Shown here piece after piece: positions 8,384-16,620 of a stretch of 33,998 bases of DNA. Location: positions 1 to 33,998 of IMG/VR virus record IMGVR_UViG_3300031237_000022; one strand, 5' to 3'. The DNA comes from a virus (lineage: Duplodnaviria; Caudoviricetes). Made by a program: the position numbers and the translations under genes. The notes below the pieces were generated by a model. That model made no database searches. It was given only the letters and a program-made list of their open reading frames with translations, and was not told the DNA's origin. Numbering within the stretch: position 1 is the stretch's first letter; every line of letters begins with the position of its first letter.

Positions 8384-8411
8384 AGTATACGCACCAAAAT
8401 GAGTGCGTCAA
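8384..8411 (-). promoter_or_regulatory. Sigma70-like early promoter (TTGACG-N16-TATACT) overlapped by the inverted repeat ACGCAC-N8-GTGCGT (putative CI operator)
   Basis: -35 at 8411-8406, -10 at 8389-8384, palindrome 8389-8408, between divergent cro-like and cI genes. Confidence 0.7.
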
Positions 8412-8428
8412 CCGGATCATATGAAAAA

Positions 8429-8836
8429 ATGAGTATATCTGAGCGTCTTCGCAGCGTTCTTGATGCCAAAGGCCTGTCCATAAAGCAGGCTGCCGACATC
8501 ATTGGCATCCCCTACAGGACGCTCCAGAACTACCTTCTGGACGAGAGAGAACCCAACGCAAAGGCCATGTCGGCCTTGCGCACTCATTTGGGTATAAGTG
8601 TTGATTGGCTGTTGACCGGTGAGGGCCCGATGTTTCATGACGCGAGGGGTGAGGTTGCCCAGGCCCAGGCTGCAAACAAGCAGGAGGAGGCCATCCTTGA
8701 ACTGTTTCGCTCGCTTGGGGAGGCGGGCAAGCGGGAGATACAAAGCGCTGCTGAAGAGAAGAAACGATTAATGGATGTCGAGCAGCGCCTCAAGGATTTG
8801 ACTGAAGCCCTTGCCGATACCAAACGGCCAGCATAA
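8429..8836 (+). CDS. CI-like XRE-family HTH immunity repressor (no S24 peptidase domain)
   Basis: MSISERLRSVLDAKGLSIKQAADIIGIPYRTLQNYLLDEREP...GISVDWLLTGEGPM; C-terminal coiled-coil-like tail. Confidence 0.9.
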   Translation: MSISERLRSVLDAKGLSIKQAADIIGIPYRTLQNYLLDEREPNAKAMSALRTHLGISVDWLLTGEGPMFHDARGEVAQAQAANKQEEAILELFRSLGEAGKREIQSAAEEKKRLMDVEQRLKDLTEALADTKRPA

Positions 8837-8962
8837 TCTGTACCCATTAAGAACGGATCATTAAGTCAGGGACGCCGATGATCCACCTCGCTAAGGCCCG
8901 GTTACAGGACCGGCGAGCATGCCTACCGGCGCTACCTCGCAATCAGCATAAGGATGTGATCC

Positions 8963-9403
8963 ATGTCCAAAGCAACGCTTGTCGCTGCTTCTCTATTTTT
9001 CATTGCCCAGCCTCTGGCGTTTGCTGATGTCCGTGTTATTGACGAACCAGCCGTCATAAAAGCCATAAACTCTCCCATTCTTAAACAAGTCCAGGAAGAA
9101 GACTCGCCCGGCTGCGTGACCACTCGGTATACCTTCGGCGACAAAGTTTTCGATATGAAGCTTGAGTTTAAATGTGATCGTATCAACGTAGCTTGGATTG
9201 GTTCAAAAGAAGAGCAGAACCAATCTAGAAGTGATCAGGCAAAAGAACTAGCTAAACGTGCTGTTGCGGTTTTAACGCAAGGAGACGGAGTTGAGGTTGA
9301 GCGCGTTTTGGCGGGTGAGTCATACAAAGGGCGCGCTTATCCAAATTCTATTATCGTTAGCGGCTCGTGCGTGCTAAATAGCTGCTTGTTAACATTCAAG
9401 TAA
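8963..9403 (+). CDS. Secreted/periplasmic hypothetical protein (moron)
   Basis: Signal peptide MSKATLVAASLFFIAQPLAFA-D, four Cys in the mature part, AAGGA RBS, AT-richer codon use. Confidence 0.8.
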   Translation: MSKATLVAASLFFIAQPLAFADVRVIDEPAVIKAINSPILKQVQEEDSPGCVTTRYTFGDKVFDMKLEFKCDRINVAWIGSKEEQNQSRSDQAKELAKRAVAVLTQGDGVEVERVLAGESYKGRAYPNSIIVSGSCVLNSCLLTFK

Positions 9404-9435
9404 TTTTTAGAATCATTTACTGTGAGGGGTAGGGC

Positions 9436-10317
9436 ATGGCTCGAGTCAGATCATCTGCAATTCATATCGGTGCGCTAAATATAGTCTTGCAACCGCACAC
9501 GCCTGAAAAATACATTGAAATGTTGCAAAAATTGGCCCGCTACAGATTAAGTGCTCTAGTGCATGGTGATAATGCAGTGCTTTTAGGGTCGTGCCGTTAT
9601 CTGGATCCAAGCGATCCACTCGCAGGTGTTAGAGGAGATATATATAAATTTCTAAAGCTTGACTCCGCCGCCCCATGGTTTAATACAGAGAATATGGATG
9701 CGGCTACGGAGGACGAAGTAGCGGAAATAAGCATTCCTGATAATCTAAAGCCGCATTTCAAACGGTTTCAGTACATATTCTTTCCTAAGGGTCACAGATT
9801 TTATTTTGTAAGTTCCAAACCGCACCACAGTTTGTCTCCCGGATTAGTAAAACGTTTTTTTGAAAAGGTGTTCACTAACGATGAGTTCGCAGACTTTGGG
9901 GCGCTAAGCGTCACGGTTCAGCCTGATCCTAGCGGGTTAGGTGAACTCCTGAACCTGAAGCGGATCTCAATAATGAAAATGGAAATTGATCGGCCAAACC
10001 CTGATGATTTGGATGACATGGAGGCAGAGATTCTTAAGCGACTGAACAGATTAAATGCACGGACTGAAAAAATAGAGTTTATGGAGGCAAGCAATGAAGG
10101 GCTGAAGCCCGATGAGTATTTGAAGGCGTTGGCTTCCGTGGCTAATGACAATGGGTACGTCGCTGTAGAAGGCAAAGATAGTGATGGATTAAAGAAATAT
10201 CTTTCGACGAAAGATATGCCGCTACATGAGACAGCAAGATATAATCCAAATTTAACGTCTGAATTTGATGCTCTTTATGATAAGGTAGTCGAGATTCATC
10301 GGGAAATTACTAGGTAG
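9436..10317 (+). CDS. DUF4747-like protein (moron)
   Basis: IGALNIVLQPH.PEKY, PWFN...IPDNLKP, F.YIFFPK.HR and I.RPNPDD motifs match my recollection of DUF4747; AT-rich. The ORF is secure, the family call needs an HMM check. Confidence 0.7.
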   Translation: MARVRSSAIHIGALNIVLQPHTPEKYIEMLQKLARYRLSALVHGDNAVLLGSCRYLDPSDPLAGVRGDIYKFLKLDSAAPWFNTENMDAATEDEVAEISIPDNLKPHFKRFQYIFFPKGHRFYFVSSKPHHSLSPGLVKRFFEKVFTNDEFADFGALSVTVQPDPSGLGELLNLKRISIMKMEIDRPNPDDLDDMEAEILKRLNRLNARTEKIEFMEASNEGLKPDEYLKALASVANDNGYVAVEGKDSDGLKKYLSTKDMPLHETARYNPNLTSEFDALYDKVVEIHREITR

Positions 10318-10323
10318 CCTAAA

Positions 10324-10902
10324 TTGATAAAGAAGCTAAGGGATGATTTTAAGGGGGTTAGGTCTATATGGAGTAAATATTGGACCATGTACGGTGGTAG
10401 CGCTGCCTTGTTCAGTTCTACCTATTTTTATATTGCGTTGGTACTCACGATTGTAAATTTTGGAGCTTGGTCTCATTCTGGTTGGTGGGATGTCGTTATT
10501 GCTAGCGTTCCGACTATTCTGGGTTTTACTCTCGCTGGTTTGGCAGTTTTTTTAGGGATGGATTCTGGCTTTAGTCGATTTCTGGCGGGTGCAGATGACA
10601 ACAAGGTTTCGCCCTTTATGACCTTGGTTTCGGCATTTGCTCATTTTATTATAACTCAGGCTATTGCAGTTCTAGTTGCCTTGACGGTGAAGTCTGCTTC
10701 GTTCTACGTTGAGGGGATGCCTCCAGCCTACTATGAGGTGATATTTGTCCTAAATCGAATTGCATGGTTTATAGGGTATTTTATTTTTATGTACTCGATG
10801 GTTCAAATATTTAGCGCGGTTTTCGCAATATTTAGAGCTACATCGTGGTTTGAGATGTATGCCAGTCAAGACAAAGCTAAAGATAAGGAGAAAAAAAATT
10901 AA
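10324..10902 (+). CDS. Integral membrane protein with about 4 TM helices (moron)
   Basis: Four hydrophobic stretches (YFYIALVLTIV; VPTILGFTLAGLAVFLG; FAHFIITQAIAVLVAL; FIGYFIFMYSMVQIFSAVFAIF); begins 6 nt after the DUF4747-like stop; very AT-rich. Confidence 0.85.
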   Translation: MIKKLRDDFKGVRSIWSKYWTMYGGSAALFSSTYFYIALVLTIVNFGAWSHSGWWDVVIASVPTILGFTLAGLAVFLGMDSGFSRFLAGADDNKVSPFMTLVSAFAHFIITQAIAVLVALTVKSASFYVEGMPPAYYEVIFVLNRIAWFIGYFIFMYSMVQIFSAVFAIFRATSWFEMYASQDKAKDKEKKN

Positions 10903-12161
10903 CTGTCCTGTAGGCGTTTGAACTCTCTGTCTACAGCTCGCTTCGCCGTCTTCTCACTAGCATACAACCACCGCAACCGCTTCGGCTTGCTCTGATCGCC
11001 CGCAGTCACCGTCTTCTCCTTCCCGGTTTTCTTGTCGCGGTAGTACGCGATGATCCCTGTGTAATCCCCTTTGTTTTCCTCCGCCAATCCCTCAACCGTA
11101 TCCTCGGGCAACTTGCTCTCCAGCTCCAGGCTGACGGTGTATCCATTGTCCGGGCTGAGGGTGTGCTGCACGTTACCGCCGTACCAGATGATCTCGTCAA
11201 TCTCCGGCTTCACGCCCTGGAGCGTGTAGGTCAGTTCGGGAATAAGGTCAGGCCGACCCCGGGCGAGGGTGTAGCTGAGCGTCGCACTGCCACGTTGCAG
11301 GCGGTTGAATTCCGCCCGGGCAGCGCGCAGGGCGGACTGGCGGTCGCTGAAGGTGTGGCGTAGGTCTTTGAGGTTTTCACCAGCACCGGCGATGGCCTCC
11401 TGTTTCTTCGCACTGTTCACGTCGTAGAAATAGGCGCGTACACCGTCGTAGCTGTCGCGGTCGGCTTGCAGATAGCGGTGTTGGTCGCCGTCGGCGCGGG
11501 TGAGGGTGATATGCGGCAGCTCGGCGCCGGTGGCCGTCTTGCCGCCGCCCGCCGGCAGGCACAGCAGGCAGCCGGCCTTGACGGTGACCACGGCATCGAA
11601 CTCTTCCCCCACGCGGCTGATCAGGTTGGCGTCGGATTCGTTGGCCTGGTCCAGCTGAAGGATGGGCAATCCGTCCAGGGCGCCGGCAATGGTGGCGGTG
11701 AGGCCGTTGCCCAAGGCGATATCGCCCAGGACGTCGCCGAGGGTGGTGTTGCTCCAGCTACGCTCGCGCTTGGTCTTCAGGCCTTTGCGAAGATCCGCCG
11801 AGCGGGCGCGGATGCTCAATACATCCGGCGCGCCGCTGTGTTCGGTTTCATCGACGGTGTAGGTGCCTTTGTCCACCAGGCCTGTATCGCTCCAACCCAG
11901 CCACAGTCGGATGGTCGCGCCTTTGGGCGGGATCGCCAGCAGCCCGTCGTGGTCGCTGAGGGTGATGCTGAGCTGGTCGGCCTCGATCCCGCGATTGTCG
12001 GTCAGCTCCAGGCTCATCAGCCGCGGGCTGATCAACTGGGCGATGTCGTTGCCCTCGACCGTGATACGAAACGCCGGCACCGGATAGGCTGCATCGCGGC
12101 GGTAGCGCTCGACCAGGTCTTCGACGTAGCCGGTAACCTTGGACAGGGCTGCATCAATCAC
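10899..12161 (-). CDS. gpD: Phage late control/baseplate hub protein, P2 gpD
   Basis: RLMSLELTDNRGIEADQLSITLSDHDG, GTYTVDETEHSGAPD, DQANESDANL; follows gpU. Confidence 0.92.
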   Translation of the reverse strand: MIDAALSKVTGYVEDLVERYRRDAAYPVPAFRITVEGNDIAQLISPRLMSLELTDNRGIEADQLSITLSDHDGLLAIPPKGATIRLWLGWSDTGLVDKGTYTVDETEHSGAPDVLSIRARSADLRKGLKTKRERSWSNTTLGDVLGDIALGNGLTATIAGALDGLPILQLDQANESDANLISRVGEEFDAVVTVKAGCLLCLPAGGGKTATGAELPHITLTRADGDQHRYLQADRDSYDGVRAYFYDVNSAKKQEAIAGAGENLKDLRHTFSDRQSALRAARAEFNRLQRGSATLSYTLARGRPDLIPELTYTLQGVKPEIDEIIWYGGNVQHTLSPDNGYTVSLELESKLPEDTVEGLAEENKGDYTGIIAYYRDKKTGKEKTVTAGDQSKPKRLRWLYASEKTAKRAVDREFKRLQDS

Positions 12162-12598
12162 AGCAGCGCCCTCAAGATGTTGACACCTGCGCTTGTACCG
12201 GCGCCGAGCAGATCGATCCGGTCGTCATCGATGCGTTTGAGGTTGACCGTGAATTCAATGCGCCGAGGCGTACCGTCACGGAAGAACAGCGTTTTGGTTT
12301 CGCTCAGACCATCGATAATCCACAGGCCGTAGATCCGGCCGCTGCCTTCGACCATCGGCCAGGCCTTGCCGGTGTTCGCCATCAGGCGCAGGGCGTCGAG
12401 GCTAAGGGCACTGCCGGCCAGCTCCGGCAGGATGACGCCGGGCAGGGTGATGGTGTCGTCGCCGCGCCCGACAAACTGCCGAGCCGGAGCGGCACCGACA
12501 CGGCTGTTGCTCGCATGTCGCCACTCGGTTTGGCGTTGCAGCTCCTGGTAAGCGGCGGTGGACAGGCTGAACACGAACATACCCAAGGCAAGCATCAT
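12158..12598 (-). CDS. gpU: Tail protein, P2 gpU
   Basis: MMLALGMFVFSLSTAAYQELQR...FFRDGTPRRIEFTVNLKR. Confidence 0.93.
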   Translation of the reverse strand: MMLALGMFVFSLSTAAYQELQRQTEWRHASNSRVGAAPARQFVGRGDDTITLPGVILPELAGSALSLDALRLMANTGKAWPMVEGSGRIYGLWIIDGLSETKTLFFRDGTPRRIEFTVNLKRIDDDRIDLLGAGTSAGVNILRALL

Positions 12599-12604
12599 GG
12601 TGGG

Positions 12605-15550
12605 TTACTCCAGATCTGACAGTTTGCTGCGTTGGCGGGCGGCTTTTTCGCTGGCGATGCGCGCCAGCTCGGCCCGCACGGCGCGGCTGATCGCCTGGGC
12701 GTCCATGCCTGGCGTGGTGTGGATGTTGATTTCGTAGGTGTCGTGGCTGTCATGGACCGGCGCCGGGGCAGGGCTGATGGGTGCGCGGTTATCGATCGAC
12801 AGCGAGGAGGCAGCGGCAGCCACGTCCGGGAATTGCGGCAACGGCATGGCAGCCAGAGGCATGGCGGTTGCACCGAGGGCCAGTGTGCCGGCTGCCGTGA
12901 GTTGTTTGCTCAGGCTGGTCATGGCGCTCAGCGGCCCGTTTTGACTGCCCTCAAGACCCTGGGCCAGGCCGGCCATGGTGAAGCCGCCCAGCTCCGCGAA
13001 CACACGGGAGGGGCTGTGGATGTCGAGCTTTTCCTTGAACCAACCAATCACCGCATCGCCTGCCCCGGTGATGGCCTCCTTGGCTACGGCCAGGCTGTTG
13101 GTGATGCCATTTGCCAGGCCTTGAATCATCTGCGTACCCAGTTCAGCGAACTGTGTAGGCAGGCCTAACAAAAGGCTGAGCATATTGCCGATGACGGCAC
13201 CGAAACGCTCGCCCATTGACTGAGCGGCGCCACCGACGTCTTCGACGGGCGCAAGTAGCTGGCCGAACCAGGTGATCAGGCTGCTGACGCCATCTGATAT
13301 TAGACTGAACAGGGGGCGTGCGATGCTGCCCAGAAGTTCCATGGCCGCGCCGACACCTGGCAGCGTCATGACGGCCTGGCCCAGGTTCAGCAGCGATTGG
13401 CCGAGCCCCGCGAAACTATCCAGGACTGGTTGTAGTGCACCGACCAGGCCTTGCCAGAAACCGAGAAAGAAACCCTTGATGGGGTTCCAATACTTGTAGA
13501 CCAGGACACCAGCGGCAACCAGGGCCGCGATGGCCGCCAGCAGCCAGCCGATGGGCGTCGCCATAATGGCGGTACCGACCGCACTGATCGCGCCGCCGAG
13601 CATCGGCAGCACGCTGGCGGCAGCCAGGCGTGCGCTGCTGACAAATGCGGGTAACGCACTGAGCAAGCCGCCCGCCGAGCGTGTCGCGACCAAAGACCGC
13701 CAGACTTTCCCAAGCCTGCCGATGTTGGTACCGGCGCCTGCTGCTGCGGTGCGCGTGCCGATCAGCTGGGCCTTAACAATGCCCAGGCGAATGCCAAACA
13801 TGCCCATGCCGTACCGCACCATGGCGAATGGGCCGAGAAGGCTCGCCATCGTCAATGCCAGGCCACCGAATACGAAGGCCAGGCCGGCCACCGCCGCTAC
13901 GACTTTGACCAGACCGCCAGCCAGCTTGGGATTCTCGCGAGCCCAGGCGCCGACGTTATTGGCGACCTCTCCCAAGGTTTGGATTACCTCTTTCAGCTCA
14001 GGCGCCACGGCGGCGCCGAACTCGGCCATGGCGTTGGTCCAACTGCCTTGAGCGGCTTCCATGACGTTGGTGAGGGTACCGAGCTGTTCGTTGACGCGCT
14101 TGCGCAGGTCGGCCTGGTTTTGCAGCTTCTGCTGAATTTCCCGGTATCCGTCGAGCCCCTTGCTCATCATGGTGTTCAAGGTGGTCATGGTTTCGGAGTC
14201 GTCACCGAACAGATCCTTGATCGTAGCGGTGCGGTCTTCGTCGTTCAGGGTCTTGAGTTTTTCGACCTGAGCGAACAGATTTTCCAGGCCGGCGAAGTTG
14301 CCCTTGTCGTCGGTAAATTTGAAGCGGATGGGCTTGCCTTCCAGCTCCATGATCTTGTTGACGTCCTTGACCCCGTCCTTGTCCAGGCCAGCCTGGAAGA
14401 TCTTTCGAAAGGCGTTACCGGACGCGCCGCCGTCCATACCGGCTTGGTCCATCATGATCAGCAGCGGGGCCAGCTCGGCAGCGGCGTCGATGCCCGATTT
14501 TTTGATGGTGTCCATGACCGGCGCGATTTTGCTGAAGCCCTGGAGCATGTTGGTGGGCTGCACACCTGAGTAGAACCCACGCTGGATGATGTCCATCAGC
14601 GCCATCATGTCTTTCTCAGATGTTCGGGTGGCGTCCTGCATCTTCGCCGCAAATTCAGCTGCGGCGGTTACGGGCATCTGCAACTGAACGCCCAGGTACG
14701 CGGCCGCTTCGCCAGTGCCGCCGAGGATGCTTTTCGCGCTCAGGCCCTGGCGGCGCAGCATGGTCATCATTTCCTGGAAGTCGGCCGTGGTACCAGGTAG
14801 GCGGTCGCCCAGCTTGGTCGCCAGGTCGGTGATTTTCTGGAAGTCCTCCGACACCTTGCCGGTGCCGTCCATCATCGAAACCTTGAGTTGCGTGGCTGAG
14901 TCTTCGTTCGGCGCAAAGGCACCGATGGCTTTAGCCACCGGCCGACTCGCGGCATATCCCACACCCAGGCCGGCGGCACCGTTCATAGCCATGTTACCGG
15001 CGAGGTTCTGGGTTTTCTCCAGCTTGGCACGCTCGATGGCAAGGCGCTTTTGCTGAGCATTCAACGCGACCAGGCGTTTGCCCTGTTCGCTGATGCTGGC
15101 GTTGGTGGCGCTGATTTGCTCGCGCAGCTGGCGTTCGTGACTGCTGAGGTTCTTGGTGCTGATGCCGGCGCCTTGCAGTTTGCTGCGCAGCACCTGGAGC
15201 TGTTCGCCCTGCTGTTGATGTTGTTCCTTGAGCTTCTGCGCTTCGCGAACGGCTGCCCGAAAGTCCTTGGTCATCGCCTTGGTCGGCGCACCGGTGGCAG
15301 CGAACTGCTGGGACAGCGCCCGTACTTTATCGCGGGCAGCGACGAGGGCTTGTTCGGTTTGCTCGGCGGCAGCGCGCTGGGTGCGCCAGGCGCTGACGTC
15401 CTTCTGTTGGGTGTTGAGTTCCTTGAGGCGGTCGCGGGCTTCCTTGAGGGCGCGTGCGGCACCGATGCTGCCGTTGTTGATAGCCTTCAGGGGGCCGCTC
15501 GCCTTGTCGATGGCGTTGAGCAATACCTGAAGTTTTAAGTCATTCGCCAT
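12605..15550 (-). CDS. gpT: Tail tape measure protein, P2 gpT
   Basis: 981 aa, Ala/Gly-rich helical; N-terminus LKLQVLLNAIDKASGP; C-terminal WFKEKLDIHSPSRVF; located between E and U. Confidence 0.93.
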   Translation of the reverse strand: MANDLKLQVLLNAIDKASGPLKAINNGSIGAARALKEARDRLKELNTQQKDVSAWRTQRAAAEQTEQALVAARDKVRALSQQFAATGAPTKAMTKDFRAAVREAQKLKEQHQQQGEQLQVLRSKLQGAGISTKNLSSHERQLREQISATNASISEQGKRLVALNAQQKRLAIERAKLEKTQNLAGNMAMNGAAGLGVGYAASRPVAKAIGAFAPNEDSATQLKVSMMDGTGKVSEDFQKITDLATKLGDRLPGTTADFQEMMTMLRRQGLSAKSILGGTGEAAAYLGVQLQMPVTAAAEFAAKMQDATRTSEKDMMALMDIIQRGFYSGVQPTNMLQGFSKIAPVMDTIKKSGIDAAAELAPLLIMMDQAGMDGGASGNAFRKIFQAGLDKDGVKDVNKIMELEGKPIRFKFTDDKGNFAGLENLFAQVEKLKTLNDEDRTATIKDLFGDDSETMTTLNTMMSKGLDGYREIQQKLQNQADLRKRVNEQLGTLTNVMEAAQGSWTNAMAEFGAAVAPELKEVIQTLGEVANNVGAWARENPKLAGGLVKVVAAVAGLAFVFGGLALTMASLLGPFAMVRYGMGMFGIRLGIVKAQLIGTRTAAAGAGTNIGRLGKVWRSLVATRSAGGLLSALPAFVSSARLAAASVLPMLGGAISAVGTAIMATPIGWLLAAIAALVAAGVLVYKYWNPIKGFFLGFWQGLVGALQPVLDSFAGLGQSLLNLGQAVMTLPGVGAAMELLGSIARPLFSLISDGVSSLITWFGQLLAPVEDVGGAAQSMGERFGAVIGNMLSLLLGLPTQFAELGTQMIQGLANGITNSLAVAKEAITGAGDAVIGWFKEKLDIHSPSRVFAELGGFTMAGLAQGLEGSQNGPLSAMTSLSKQLTAAGTLALGATAMPLAAMPLPQFPDVAAAASSLSIDNRAPISPAPAPVHDSHDTYEINIHTTPGMDAQAISRAVRAELARIASEKAARQRSKLSDLE

Positions 15551-15659
15551 CGGTGGAACTCCGCACCCGGGCGCGCTCGCGCCACTCCATCAGTTCTTGC
15601 AGGCCCAGCTGGTCCATGTCAGCTGGTGCCCAATGGAAAACCACGGCCAAGTCGGCCAT
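15540..15659 (-). CDS. gpE': gpE' segment (C-terminal extension of gpE reached by -1 frameshift)
   Basis: Manual translation MADLAVVFHWAPADMDQLGLQELMEWRERARVRSSTDGE; below the ORF-track length cutoff. Confidence 0.88.
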   Translation of the reverse strand: MADLAVVFHWAPADMDQLGLQELMEWRERARVRSSTDGE

Positions 15660-15667
15660 GGCGTCTT

Positions 15668-15997
15668 CTACGCAACGAGGGACGCGTCCGTCTTCACCGA
15701 CTTCTGCAACAAAAAACCGGAGATCTTGCTGCCACAGGCGAGCAGGTCGGCCGGGTCCATGCTGGCGACTTCCGGCGCGGTGATACCTGGTGCACTGATG
15801 CGCGGCAGGATCTTGATGAGGGTGGCGACGTCCATATTCAGCAGGTCCACCAGTTGCACACCGCGCAGCTCGCCGGATTGCGGTTTGCGCAGGGTGATGC
15901 TGTCGATGACGGTCTTGCCACGGTTGATCGGGGTGTCCAGGGTGACGGTGTTGTCGTCAACCGGCGGCAGGCTTTCGAGGGTTTCTTCAGGTTTCAT
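15668..15997 (-). CDS. gpE: Tail assembly chaperone, P2 gpE
   Basis: TVTLDTPINRG...ITLRKPQSGELRGV.L.DL..MDV..LIKILPRIS.P...MDPADL. Confidence 0.9.
   Translation of the reverse strand: MKPEETLESLPPVDDNTVTLDTPINRGKTVIDSITLRKPQSGELRGVQLVDLLNMDVATLIKILPRISAPGITAPEVASMDPADLLACGSKISGFLLQKSVKTDASLVA
15710..15716 (-). other. Programmed -1 ribosomal frameshift site T-TTT-TTG
   Basis: GGT TTT TTG near the end of gpE; the -1 frame is open (F V A E V G E D G R V P R C V E D A M A D L...) into E'. Same slippery sequence as P2 E/E+E'. Confidence 0.88.
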
Positions 15998-16047
15998 ACG
16001 GGGCTCCAGATTGCATGGTTAACCGCCCTGGGGCAGGGCGAGAGTGG

Positions 16048-16563
16048 TCAGATGCCGAGGGCTTTGCGCTGCTCTGCCAGCATGTCCACGCCATTGACGA
16101 TTTCGATGAAATTGAGCAAGTCGATTTCGATGATTTCCTCGTTATCGACGATCAATTTGTAATAGGTGCAGGTGGTGGTGATGCTGTGCTCGGTGTCTTC
16201 GCCCGGCTGCGCATCGCCCATTTCGATGGTCTCGTGCCGACCGCGCATGACTACCTCCACGGCACTGACCTCCTCGGTGTCGTCCTGTTGGAACGCGCCG
16301 GTAAAGCGCAAGGCAATACCCGAGGCATTGACGGCGCCGAACTGTTTGAGGGCGATAAGATCCAGGCCGCCGGTCTTCCATTCGAACTGGATTCCGTCGT
16401 CCGAGAAGCCCATGTCGGCCTTGACCGGGCCGTTCATGCCGCCGCCACGATAGGCTTCCATCTTGCGACCGAGCGGCGGCAAGGTGACGGATTTGACTAC
16501 GCCGAGGTAGCTGTTGGCATCGTTGAAAAGATTGAGGTTCTTGAGCTTGCTGGGCATAGCCAT
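16048..16563 (-). CDS. gpFII: Major tail tube protein, P2 gpFII
   Basis: MAMPSKLKNLNLFND...YRGGGMNGPV...TCTYYKL...EIDLLN. Confidence 0.95.
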   Translation of the reverse strand: MAMPSKLKNLNLFNDANSYLGVVKSVTLPPLGRKMEAYRGGGMNGPVKADMGFSDDGIQFEWKTGGLDLIALKQFGAVNASGIALRFTGAFQQDDTEEVSAVEVVMRGRHETIEMGDAQPGEDTEHSITTTCTYYKLIVDNEEIIEIDLLNFIEIVNGVDMLAEQRKALGI

Positions 16564-16620
16564 GGTGGTGTTCTCCGTTGCGCTGACGCGGGGACAGCTC
16601 CCCTTGCGGGGAGGCCCTGG

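Noticed and set aside
8372-8385. CTG...CAG in the immunity region as a LexA box
   Set aside because: Spacer is 8 nt, not 10.
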